Source: Desulfomonilia bacterium (GTDB lineage Bacteria; Desulfobacterota; Desulfomonilia; UBA1062). From it: a DNA stretch of 64,000 nt. Below, in pieces: positions 8,954 to 17,731 of this stretch. Where the stretch lies: positions 832,001 to 896,000 of the forward strand of contig CAXXDQ010000003.1 of the NCBI GenBank assembly GCA_963664325.2, in the 5' to 3' direction. The position numbers were made by a program, and so were the translations under genes. Each line of letters begins with the position of its first letter. The first letter of the stretch is position 1. Under the pieces are notes generated by a model, which was not told where the DNA came from, did not search any database, and saw only the letters and a list, made by a program, of their open reading frames with translations.

Positions 8954-10798
8954 TTACCAGCCTTTTGTTCCTAACTCATCGATCGTATAAATGTTTCTCT
9001 GGCTGGGCTGGCCGTTATAGATCTGAGCGGCGATCGGATGAATGAACAGGTCCTCGTATATGAAACCGAAGCCGTCGTTAATGGAATTGGCTCCCTTCGT
9101 CTTATAATCGTTGCCGGCGGCTGCGAAAGTCCAGTTAATGGCACATTTCATATTCATAATCGAACTCAAGCCTGCCCAGGCGAACAATGCTTCTCTCCAT
9201 GAAACGGATGCAGAGTCACTCAGGAACGTAATTTGAGTAGATTTTGCTCCGAGGTGAACCCAGGTAAACCTGTTATTATTCAGGTAAGTCGAGATAAACG
9301 CCTGCATGACCGGGTGAAGGTTTTCGATATTGTCATACAGATTTTTCGGGACCTCGATACACCCGGATTTGGGCTGCACCTGATTTGGGGTGAGTCCCCT
9401 GTCCTGCAGCCGATAGGTTCGCATGGTCTGGGTCGAATGCAGCACCAGGTCATAATAAGCGGCATTATCGCCATTCCCCACATAAACACGCAACAGAGCA
9501 GGTGACACATAACACCCGAAATTGAGGAGTTCCACCGCGAAGTCAGAGGCGGTTATGCTGTCGACCGTATCCGGCAGCCTGCCGATATTACCGGTATTAT
9601 GCGTGTAACAGACGTCTTCAGTCCCACCCAGGGTTTCATCCGAGCTGTCATAGGGCTTGTTCATGATCTCGGTTCCCTTGATCGGTTGATCGGTTAAAAC
9701 AAAAGTCCATCTGGTATTGCCGGGATCTTCCATATTATCAAACATGTCTTTTTGATAATATCCTGTCCGGCCCTTTTCGTTCCAGCCTTCAACACGCATC
9801 ATGGCATGATGGCCTTCATTCCCAATGCGGTTCAGACTAATTCTGTCGGTAATCCGGCCTGAAATCTTGGGCTGCTGATGCCATGACCATACAGGGAGTT
9901 GAAATTTGCGCAAACTGTCATCGGTAATACACCTCTGGTCTTCATAGGTATAATCGAAATAGTCGTTGTCGTTCGGGCTGTGACCTGAACTGTCATAGTC
10001 ATACATCCTGGTGAATATATCGCCGTATTCATTTATGAGCATATGTCGGCCGCCTGTTGAAGACAGGTTGACCGAAATGAATCGCCCTCGTTTGGGAGAA
10101 CACATCTCAAAACCCCAGTCCGAGGGCTGCCAGCCGTCCATCCATGTGATATGCTGTCCGTCCTTTTGCAGCACGAACACATGCGTACATCCACCTGCAC
10201 CGATTGTCCTAGGCCACATGGTGGTGTCTGTATAGGTTCCATCCGCCGCATTCGATATTGACCATGCTTTATACCCTTCGGGGAGGAAGTTTTTCATGCC
10301 CATGCTGAACGGGAACCCCCTGTGCCGTATCCATGCTATATCACTTATACCGTATTCAATGAGGGGTGAGGGCAGGTACTCGAGTACTTTGCGCTCAATT
10401 GAAGACATATCGCTTATATCGCCCAGGGCATGGGGGGTAAACCAGAATTCCCGGTCCGCATTAGCGAGCTCGAGAAAATTATGGTCCATTGTAAGGGTTA
10501 TTGCTTTTCCTTCAAGTCCGTCAGGCAACGGCACCTGCTGCCAACTACCGCCGCTTGTCTCTCTTAAATAAAGATGCCCGTCGCGCAATTTTGCGTAGTA
10601 TCTCTCGTTGAATGACTCTGTCGGCCCTTTGATGCAGACTTCCGAAAGATCCTGTACTGCTTCTTCAGCAGTCTCTTCTTTAACGGCCTGCTCTTCAGCA
10701 ATATTTTCAGTATTTTCTTCAGCAGCACATGCCGTTAAGATTGCCGTAATAAGGATGAAGATTAAATAATTAAGAAGTCTGACTTTTTCTTTTTTCAT
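8954..10798 (-). CDS. Hypothetical lipoprotein
   Basis: Long ORF; signal MKKEKVRLLNYLIFILITAILTAC with lipobox; acidic linker; ATG at 10798 with GAGGG RBS. Confidence 0.75.
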   Translation of the reverse strand: MKKEKVRLLNYLIFILITAILTACAAEENTENIAEEQAVKEETAEEAVQDLSEVCIKGPTESFNERYYAKLRDGHLYLRETSGGSWQQVPLPDGLEGKAITLTMDHNFLELANADREFWFTPHALGDISDMSSIERKVLEYLPSPLIEYGISDIAWIRHRGFPFSMGMKNFLPEGYKAWSISNAADGTYTDTTMWPRTIGAGGCTHVFVLQKDGQHITWMDGWQPSDWGFEMCSPKRGRFISVNLSSTGGRHMLINEYGDIFTRMYDYDSSGHSPNDNDYFDYTYEDQRCITDDSLRKFQLPVWSWHQQPKISGRITDRISLNRIGNEGHHAMMRVEGWNEKGRTGYYQKDMFDNMEDPGNTRWTFVLTDQPIKGTEIMNKPYDSSDETLGGTEDVCYTHNTGNIGRLPDTVDSITASDFAVELLNFGCYVSPALLRVYVGNGDNAAYYDLVLHSTQTMRTYRLQDRGLTPNQVQPKSGCIEVPKNLYDNIENLHPVMQAFISTYLNNNRFTWVHLGAKSTQITFLSDSASVSWREALFAWAGLSSIMNMKCAINWTFAAAGNDYKTKGANSINDGFGFIYEDLFIHPIAAQIYNGQPSQRNIYTIDELGTKGW

Positions 10799-10931
10799 GA
10801 CATTCCCTCTAATTAAACTCACATAAAATTACACACTATATTTTATTATACCTTATATTTCGATCAAAAACAAAAAGATTGGAAATCCGGGGACATTGGA
10901 ATTTCTTCAGGTAAAAAAATGGAATCAAAGA

Positions 10932-10958
10932 GGGGTCATACGCCGATAGTTGACAAAT
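10932..10958 (+). repeat. Diverged 27-bp RAYT-associated end motif
   Basis: GGGGTCA-N12-TGACAAAT, same architecture as copies at 10976, 11952 (rc), 12482 and 12627 (rc). Confidence 0.55.
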
Positions 10959-10975
10959 TGAAATCCGAGCTGAAA

Positions 10976-11978
10976 GGCGTCAGTCCTTGAGACGGGACAT
11001 AATCTCCCTGATCTTTTTTGACATCTCTGCGTCACCGGCCAGCCTCTCCTCAAACCGTGAACATGTTTTGCTTATTGCAGTGAAATGCATCCCCCCGAAG
11101 AGTTCTCCAATCTCCCTGTTGCCCAAACCGGAGTATCTCTTCATTAAATATATCGCTGCATTTCTCTGCGGGCCTTTCTTGAAAAGCTCTTCCCTCGAAA
11201 TTTTGAATGCCTCACAGCAAATTTTTATTATTGTCCCGGGTTCCGTTTCCGCGCCGAGCCTTTTCCTGTAATGTACTCCGTCGTTAGGACCTTTGCCGAT
11301 CAATTTCTTTACCTTACCTATAAACTCATCGGTCCCCAAAATAATCTGGCTGTGCAATTTATCAAAAAGCTTCCCCCCTTTTGTTTCTTTATCAACATAT
11401 TTTTTATACTTTCTCCGGGATGCCTTTTCTTCACCGAATATCCCCAGTATCCATGAATACTCGATCCAGGGTTTTGACCTGCCTGCCTTGATGTAACCGG
11501 CATAACTGCTCCATATATATTCTTCCGGTTTTTCCGTCATGCCCGCCCTTACCGGATTAAGATGAACATATCTGCTGAGTTCAAGAAGATAGTTTTCCTT
11601 ATCCACGATTACAGCCTTGTATCTTCCCTGGAACAGGTGGCCTGAACGGTTGTACTTCCTATTGAAATATCCCGTGTATCCGCTGTTCAGACCGTGCATC
11701 ACCTTTAAAAGATTACCCTGCGGAGTCTCAATGACTATATGGTAGTGGTTGTCCATCAGGACATAGCAGTGGATCAATATGCCGAATCTGTCATGATAAT
11801 CAGCCAGCATATCAATAAACTTAAGCCGGTCTTTATCATCGAGAAAGATTTCCCTTCTCTCGTTGCCCCGGCTGATTATGTGATAAACAGCCCCGGGGTA
11901 CTCAATCCTCAATGGCCTTCCCATGCAAAATCCAATACCCGTCAAAATCTCATTTGTCAAGCTTCAAGGCCTGACACC
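10976..11978 (-). mobile_element. RAYT (Y1 HUH transposase) element bounded by inverted 27-bp motifs
   Basis: GGCGTCAGTCCTTGA at 10976 and TCAAGGCCTGACACC ending at 11978 (13/15 inverted match) enclose the transposase gene. Confidence 0.7.
10980..11924 (-). CDS. REP-associated tyrosine transposase (Y1_Tnp) with C-terminal DnaA_C-like HTH
   Basis: MGRPLRIEYPGAVYHIISRGN, HUH motif MDNHYH, GHLFQGRYKA, YVHLNPVRAG, WSSY; C-terminal IGELFGGMHFTAI. Confidence 0.92.
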   Translation of the reverse strand: MGRPLRIEYPGAVYHIISRGNERREIFLDDKDRLKFIDMLADYHDRFGILIHCYVLMDNHYHIVIETPQGNLLKVMHGLNSGYTGYFNRKYNRSGHLFQGRYKAVIVDKENYLLELSRYVHLNPVRAGMTEKPEEYIWSSYAGYIKAGRSKPWIEYSWILGIFGEEKASRRKYKKYVDKETKGGKLFDKLHSQIILGTDEFIGKVKKLIGKGPNDGVHYRKRLGAETEPGTIIKICCEAFKISREELFKKGPQRNAAIYLMKRYSGLGNREIGELFGGMHFTAISKTCSRFEERLAGDAEMSKKIREIMSRLKD

Positions 11979-12018
11979 ATCTTGGAACGTCCCTTAGGAT
12001 TCTCTCTTCCTTCATTTT

Positions 12019-12231
12019 TCATCGACCATAATTTATTATAATAAATAGAGCTATACCAATAACACTGATAATTCCTAAAATTATTAGCCCCATAGACAGT
12101 GTATAATCTGCATCATTGAGTTCAGGGTTGGAATATTTTTTCTTGTTTTTTATATCATGCCATCCCCATACAATCATAAGGACTGCCAATACCAAGGTAA
12201 TTGAAAGATAAATTATATTATCTTTGCTCAT
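12019..12231 (-). CDS. Small two-TM membrane protein (possible immunity-like protein)
   Basis: 70-aa ORF with two hydrophobic segments, AT-rich, GAGA RBS; immunity role is inference only. Confidence 0.55.
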   Translation of the reverse strand: MSKDNIIYLSITLVLAVLMIVWGWHDIKNKKKYSNPELNDADYTLSMGLIILGIISVIGIALFIIINYGR

Positions 12232-12241
12232 CTCATTCTCT

Positions 12242-12478
12242 CTAATTATTGTCCGTAGCTTTAAATGGAATTGATACTAATCCCTCAATACCAGGTTCGA
12301 GTTGAAAGGAACTTCGACCAATATCATTTGTAACATACCACCCCTTCTTTACAGTGGTTGTTGTGACTAGAGAACGATATCGCAAAGATTTTACACAATA
12401 ACTTGTTTCTACCAAACCTGCCGCTTTTACAGCTAATTTACCTCCCACTATACCTGCTCCAGCTTCAATTAATGACAA
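12242..12478 (-). pseudogene. 5'-truncated gene fragment (possible polymorphic-toxin C-terminus)
   Basis: Open frame ...LIEAGAGIVGGKLAVKAAG...KATDNN* begins at the miniature element boundary with no start of its own and ends 10 nt before the small membrane gene. Confidence 0.35.
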
Positions 12479-12656
12479 AAAGGTGTCAGGCCTTGAACCA
12501 TGACAAATCACATTCACACTCAGTCTCTTTTCACTCGTTGCCTCGGCTGATTATGTGATAAACTGTGCCTGGATACTCAATCCTTAATGGTCTTCCCATA
12601 CGAAATCTAATACCCGCTAAAATCTCATTTGTCAAGCTTCAAGGCCTGACACCTTT
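12479..12656. mobile_element. 178-bp miniature RAYT derivative with 30-bp terminal inverted repeats
   Basis: AAAGGTGTCAGGCCTTGAACCATGACAAAT ... ATTTGTCAAGCTTCAAGGCCTGACACCTTT (28/30); contains a 22-codon transposase remnant MGRPLRIEYPGTVYHIISRGNE* (12531-12599); 12534-12653 repeats 11859-11978. Confidence 0.85.
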
Positions 12657-12732
12657 GGGATCGGGAAATTGATTTGTGAAACAGGGGACAACAGTTAATC
12701 TTTTTAATTTGTTCTGACCGATTAATGTCTGC

Positions 12733-13206
12733 TTATTTGCGCCTGTAAGGTCCGCTCTTGCCGCCTGATTTTTCCATTAGGCGAATATCCGTGATTGTCA
12801 TGGATTTATCTATGGCCTTGGCCATGTCGTATATCGTTATGAGTGCTATACTGACGGCGTGTATTGCCTCCATCTCGACACCTGTTTTGCCTGAAACGTT
12901 CACTATGGCCTCGGCTTCGATGGAATTTGTATCCTCATCAGGGAAAAAATCTATCGATACCTTTTCGATTTGAAGGGGATGGCAAAGAGGAATTACAGAT
13001 GAGGTGTTTTTTGCAGCCATGACACCGGCGATTTTTGCAGTTGCAAGGACATTCCCCTTGGAAACGCTGCCCGCCGTGATAGCCTGGAAGGCCTCCCTGC
13101 TCATTGAAATTTTACCGCGGGCCGCGGCGATGCGCTTTGTCGGGTCTTTTTTACCGACGTCCACCATATTGATGTCGCCGTTTCTGTCTATATGCGTAAG
13201 CGGCAA
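12733..13206 (-). CDS. moaC: Cyclic pyranopterin monophosphate synthase
   Basis: LTHID..G.INMVDV, IPLCHPL, KTGVEMEA, IYDMAKAID, KSGGKSG. Confidence 0.96.
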   Translation of the reverse strand: MPLTHIDRNGDINMVDVGKKDPTKRIAAARGKISMSREAFQAITAGSVSKGNVLATAKIAGVMAAKNTSSVIPLCHPLQIEKVSIDFFPDEDTNSIEAEAIVNVSGKTGVEMEAIHAVSIALITIYDMAKAIDKSMTITDIRLMEKSGGKSGPYRRK

Positions 13207-13217
13207 CCTGCTGTTAC

Positions 13218-13496
13218 CTATTCCGGGTCGGAAGATGATGAAGTTGTCGGCTTTGTTTCGCTTGCGGGTGTTGTCGGAGTGCTTTCCTTTTTTTCCGGAG
13301 ACGGATTGCTTGAGTTCTTCTTGGCATAGTCAGTCATGTACCAGCCTGAACCCTTCAAATGGAACGACGTGTTTGACATCTTCTTTTTTACCTTGCCTCC
13401 GCATGCGGGGCAGGCCTTTATCGGCGCATCGGAAAATTTCTGCATGGCCTCGAAGTCGTTGCTGCATTTCAGGCATTTATACTCATAGATAGGCAT
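13218..13496 (-). CDS. FmdB-family zinc-ribbon protein
   Basis: [11 protein letters not shown]...CPACGG...[13 protein letters not shown]; GGAGG RBS. Confidence 0.92.
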   Translation of the reverse strand: MPIYEYKCLKCSNDFEAMQKFSDAPIKACPACGGKVKKKMSNTSFHLKGSGWYMTDYAKKNSSNPSPEKKESTPTTPASETKPTTSSSSDPE

Positions 13497-14004
13497 CGAA
13501 GCTTCCTCCTGTTTCAAATATTGTGCGGTGATTATATAGTGGCGGCGGGGTCAGTTTGTCAAGCAGCCTGAAAACCTTTTCCCTTCCGGCAGGCGGGGTT
13601 TTTGCCAGAAACAGGCGCGTAAGGTTGTCGACCACGATCTCCTCGTCATAACAGACCTTCTCGAAATCGGCCTCGCCTCTTGAAAAACGGTGTATATGAA
13701 CAAGTTCATGCATCATGACGAATACAAAAAAAGTGAGCATGTCTATATCCGTATTTTTTTCAAGGAATTTCATGATGTCTTCATCATTGAGGCTGATTCT
13801 GTAATGGAGAACCTTGTTGCCGGACTCGCAACGAAGAAGCCTTGCAAAGGCATCAGTTATGCCTGCATTCTCATTCCCGTCGGCCGAAGTCGAGACATCA
13901 TACCTGTTTTTGAAATCCGTCCTGGTATTATGAAAAACTATCCTGTCGGCCATATCGGAACCGACCCTCAAAACATTTCTATGGAAAGGATTAAACTGTC
14001 CCAT
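13483..14004 (-). CDS. Hypothetical protein with HExxH motif
   Basis: [10 protein letters not shown] plus downstream EE; overlaps the start of the FmdB-family gene. Confidence 0.65.
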   Translation of the reverse strand: MGQFNPFHRNVLRVGSDMADRIVFHNTRTDFKNRYDVSTSADGNENAGITDAFARLLRCESGNKVLHYRISLNDEDIMKFLEKNTDIDMLTFFVFVMMHELVHIHRFSRGEADFEKVCYDEEIVVDNLTRLFLAKTPPAGREKVFRLLDKLTPPPLYNHRTIFETGGSFDAYL

Positions 14005-14057
14005 AACTGTAATAATATAGTCTCCTGTTCATTAAATCAAGTCAGGGCCGAAATGTT

Positions 14058-14939
14058 TCAGATATCCCGGCCCATGACCTTCGCCATCTGCCTGATCCCT
14101 TTCATCAGTGTTTCGAATTCTGCGGGTCGAAGAGATTGCGGACCGTCCGAAAGAGCCTTGTCAGGATCGGGATGTATCTCTATCATCAGCCCGTCGGCAC
14201 CTGCGGCAATTGCCGCATATGCCATGGGCCCCACATACCTTGCATGACCTGTTGCATGAGACGGATCAACTATAACCGGCAGGTGGGTCCTTTCCTTGAG
14301 TACCGGGATGGCGCTCAGATCAAGTGTGTTGCGGGTTGCGGTTTCGAATGTCCTGATGCCGCGTTCGCACAGGATCACCTGATCGTTGCCGCCGGCAAGC
14401 ACATACTCGGCCGACATGAGCAGCTCATCAATGGTTGATGCAAGGCCTCGCTTTATCAGGACCGGTTTTTTTATCTTGCCGACCTCTTTCAGGAGCGCGA
14501 AATTCTGGATGTTCCTGGCCCCTATCTGCAGGCAGTCGGCGTATTCTGATACCATGCCGATATGCTCTATGTCCATTACCTCTGTCACGACAGGTGTTCT
14601 GTATTTGTTCCTTGCGGAAAAAAGAAGCCTGAGGCCTTCCTCCTCCAGTCCCTGGAACGCATACGGTGATGTCCTGGGTTTGAATGCGCCGCCCCTTAGA
14701 ACATGGGCCCCGCAGGTTTTTATCGACAGGCAGACCTCGTCTATCTGCCCGGGCGATTCCACAGCGCAGGGTCCGGCCATTATTACTATTTTTTTGCCGC
14801 CGACCGTCACCCCGAACCCCAGCTCCACATGTGTCGTTTCATTCCTGCTTTCTATCGAGGCTAGTCTGTAAGGATGAGTTTGAACGGCCTGGGACAACAG
14901 GGTGTTTCCAGGTGTTTCTTTTCTCAAGGGTAGAATCAT
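14058..14939 (-). CDS. aroF: DAHP synthase, type I-beta
   Basis: [51 protein letters not shown]. Confidence 0.95.
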   Translation of the reverse strand: MILPLRKETPGNTLLSQAVQTHPYRLASIESRNETTHVELGFGVTVGGKKIVIMAGPCAVESPGQIDEVCLSIKTCGAHVLRGGAFKPRTSPYAFQGLEEEGLRLLFSARNKYRTPVVTEVMDIEHIGMVSEYADCLQIGARNIQNFALLKEVGKIKKPVLIKRGLASTIDELLMSAEYVLAGGNDQVILCERGIRTFETATRNTLDLSAIPVLKERTHLPVIVDPSHATGHARYVGPMAYAAIAAGADGLMIEIHPDPDKALSDGPQSLRPAEFETLMKGIRQMAKVMGRDI

Positions 14940-14991
14940 ACGGCCTCCGTCATTTTTAGCCGCCCGGCCTGTCCCCCTTGTATCCGGCCTG

Positions 14992-15033
14992 AAATAGAAA
15001 AGGCCGCGGGGGCTTGAGCCTCCCGCGGCCTTT
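14992..15033 (-). terminator. Attenuator terminator upstream of aroF
   Basis: Minus strand AAAGGCCGCGGGAGGCTCAAGCCCCCGCGGCCTTTTCTATTT: GC-rich hairpin plus U tract between leader ORF and aroF. Confidence 0.88.
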
Positions 15034-15055
15034 GTGTTCTTTCTTGAGGAACACC

Positions 15056-15130
15056 TCAGCCCACAGGCGGCTCCTGGATAAAATACCAGAAATAAAAGCT
15101 AAAAAACCTGTTTGCTGTAATGTTCATCAT
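15056..15130 (-). CDS. Aromatic amino acid attenuator leader peptide MMNITANRFFSFYFWYFIQEPPVG
   Basis: Manual translation; 8 of 9 consecutive codons are Phe/Tyr/Trp; AAGGA RBS; followed by alternative antiterminator/terminator pairings. Confidence 0.88.
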   Translation of the reverse strand: MMNITANRFFSFYFWYFIQEPPVG

Positions 15131-15550
15131 TTAATCCTTATATCCCATATTCAGATAATGAGCAACAGGGATGTTTTATTTGATGACGAGCTCTTTGAAC
15201 AATAATGGATATTCGCGGATTGCGAACATCGAAATTGAGAAGATGTAATAAATTTACCTTGAGGTGAATGCTGCAGTTGACATTGACAATATGGTCTATC
15301 ATTATAAATATAGTTGATATGGGTTTATTATTATAAAAGGAATATATGGTTTTTTTGATATCAGACCTTCATTCTCGGTGTTGCCTGACTTAAAGGCATT
15401 AAGACACACTATTCAGGTTAAGTTGAGATTATCGATATAAGAAACCTCGAACATTGAGGGTAATAAGAACTTCATATTGTATTGAACAGGCAGGATATTG
15501 AGGACTTTCTGATACTGCCTTATATATTTGATGTAAAAGAGGAGGAGATA

Positions 15551-16693
15551 ATGAAAAGATTGATGTCATTGTACTGTCTGCTGGCAGCAACAGCCATGGC
15601 CATAGGGTTATCGGGATGTATAATCGTTTCGGCCTCTCCGGATCCCAAAACGATCGTGGAGATGAAACCTGGTGAGAAAAAAATCTTCAAGGTGGTGGGA
15701 CCGGTGAATACTCCCATCACTAAGTGCAAGTGGTCCGTGCAGAGGATGGGTGTGGATGACTTTGCAGTGTCGGTTCTGGAAGGAGCGAATGAATTCATGT
15801 TTGAAGCCGATCCCAAAGGCGATAAAACCAATCGTATCCTTATTATATGCAGTGTCTATTCTTATGGATTATATGAAGAATGTAGGGAAGCGTGTTTGCC
15901 TGTTCTCGGCTGGAATTGTACAGGCGAAAGAAAATGGGAAGTTAGAATACGCCAGGACAACTCTCCCATCTGGCAGGGGAATTATTATATCCGCGATAAC
16001 AAAGACATACAGTTGCTGAACGGATACACGGCAGTTGCGGGTAATGTAGAGATCGGCAGTATAACTCAATTGCCTCTATACAGTGATATAAAAAACCTGG
16101 AAGGTCTGAATTCACTCAATACGATTGAAGGGGACCTGATAATCTTTAACAATGAAAATTTGGCAAGCCTCTCAGGCCTTCAGAATCTCAACACAGTGGG
16201 AGGAGGTCTGTATATCATATCCAACTATGCGCTCACAAACCTATCGGGTCTGAGAAATCTCTCAGAAATCGGAGCCGGCCTCAATATTATGTACAATAGT
16301 ATCCTCACGGACCTGTCGGGCCTTAACAATATCACAAGGATCGGAGATCAGCTTCACATTTGCTACAACGGCTCCCTCGCAAGCCTGTCAGGTCTGAACA
16401 GTATCACCGAGATTGCAGGCGGCCTCCAAATTTTGAGCAACATTGAACTTAAGTGTCTGTCTGACCTGGGCAACCTGACTACGATAGGGGCTGATATCGA
16501 TATCACTGGTAACGCAGCCCTTACAAGCCTCGGGCTTGTGGCGTTACGCTCTGTTGGCGGTTTGTTTAAAATCAGTTGCAATAACGAACTATGCAACGGA
16601 CTGGTCGAAGGTTTGCGGGATCAGGTTGAAAACTTGGATGGGATAAAGGGGGAGATTTACATTTATCTAAACAGGGACTGCACAACACCCTGA
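15551..16693 (+). CDS. Lipoprotein with receptor L-domain/LRR repeats (paralog 1)
   Basis: GGAGGAG RBS; lipobox GLSGC; repeats L..LSGL.NL..IGG.L.I..N. Confidence 0.85.
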   Translation: MKRLMSLYCLLAATAMAIGLSGCIIVSASPDPKTIVEMKPGEKKIFKVVGPVNTPITKCKWSVQRMGVDDFAVSVLEGANEFMFEADPKGDKTNRILIICSVYSYGLYEECREACLPVLGWNCTGERKWEVRIRQDNSPIWQGNYYIRDNKDIQLLNGYTAVAGNVEIGSITQLPLYSDIKNLEGLNSLNTIEGDLIIFNNENLASLSGLQNLNTVGGGLYIISNYALTNLSGLRNLSEIGAGLNIMYNSILTDLSGLNNITRIGDQLHICYNGSLASLSGLNSITEIAGGLQILSNIELKCLSDLGNLTTIGADIDITGNAALTSLGLVALRSVGGLFKISCNNELCNGLVEGLRDQVENLDGIKGEIYIYLNRDCTTP

Positions 16694-16711
16694 GGCTACA
16701 GGAAGACTTAT

Positions 16712-16747
16712 CACCGGCTCTAGGGTCTGATTCCCGGGCCGGTATTG
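16712..16747 (+). repeat. Intergenic hairpin, copy 1
   Basis: CACCGGCTC...GGGCCGGTATTG, homologous to 17669-17703. Confidence 0.6.
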
Positions 16748-16774
16748 AAAATCCATTTCTTGAGGGAGGTAAAA

Positions 16775-17650
16775 ATGAAGAGAGGCAGATTGATTGTTAT
16801 CGGATTGGTTGGATTGGTTCTGGCATTAGGTTTGTCCGGGTGTATTATCACTTCGGCATCACCTGACCCGAAGCAGATCGTCGAAATAAGGCCGGGTGAA
16901 AAAGTCATATTTAAGGTTGAGGGTCCGGTGAACACGCCCATCAGCAGATGTGTTTGGACCGTCGAGACATATTTAACCGCGCCTGAAGTTGTCAGCATAG
17001 GGAAGAATGAGTTTGAATTGAATTTCAATGCCGATTCTTGGATGTCAAACAAGAAAAATATAGTTACCTGTGAGTACCAAACCTATGTATGGGATCCGAT
17101 TGGTGTAGGAAATAGTACGATCTATATCAGTTTTGAATGTTTCTGGATAACAGTCAACTCCATATCCTGGGAGGTTAGTATAAACCCGGACAGCTCCACT
17201 GTGATGCCAGGTAATTATTATATTCAGAACATTTCTGACCTTCAGTCGCTGAGGGGATATACTACTGTTACAGGATCTTTAAAAATCATTCCAATTGATG
17301 TTAATGGCGACTTAACCAGCTTGTCCGGGCTTGAGAACATCACATCGATTGGCGGAAGTCTGATTATTTCGCATAATGACGCCTTAACAAACCTGTCCGG
17401 TCTTCAGAACCTTGCATCGGTTGGTGGAGACTTGGCAATCGGGGGGGGGAGGTCTGGGTATAATGGAAATGTCGCCTTAACGGAATTGGGAATGTCAGGC
17501 TTACAAAGGGTTAATGGGGAATTTTCAATATCTTATAACCCACTGCTTTGTACATCTTTAGCTGAGGAGCTTATGAACCAGGTTCTCGCAGGGGAAGGCA
17601 TCGGCGGCACCATCGATATTAGTGGAAACAAGGCTTGCACCATGCCCTGA
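16775..17650 (+). CDS. Lipoprotein with receptor L-domain repeats (paralog 2)
   Basis: GGGAGG RBS; GLSGCIITSASPDPK nearly identical to paralog 1; fewer repeats. Confidence 0.85.
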   Translation: MKRGRLIVIGLVGLVLALGLSGCIITSASPDPKQIVEIRPGEKVIFKVEGPVNTPISRCVWTVETYLTAPEVVSIGKNEFELNFNADSWMSNKKNIVTCEYQTYVWDPIGVGNSTIYISFECFWITVNSISWEVSINPDSSTVMPGNYYIQNISDLQSLRGYTTVTGSLKIIPIDVNGDLTSLSGLENITSIGGSLIISHNDALTNLSGLQNLASVGGDLAIGGGRSGYNGNVALTELGMSGLQRVNGEFSISYNPLLCTSLAEELMNQVLAGEGIGGTIDISGNKACTMP

Positions 17651-17668
17651 GACGATCAAAAGATTGAG

Positions 17669-17703
17669 CACCGGCTCCCGGGCCTGACCCGGGGCCGGTA
17701 TTG
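17669..17703 (+). repeat. Intergenic hairpin, copy 2
   Basis: CACCGGCTCCCGGGCCTGACCCGGGGCCGGTATTG, GC-rich stem-loop. Confidence 0.6.
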
Positions 17704-17731
17704 TTTAATATGTATTTAAAAGGGGGAAAGA

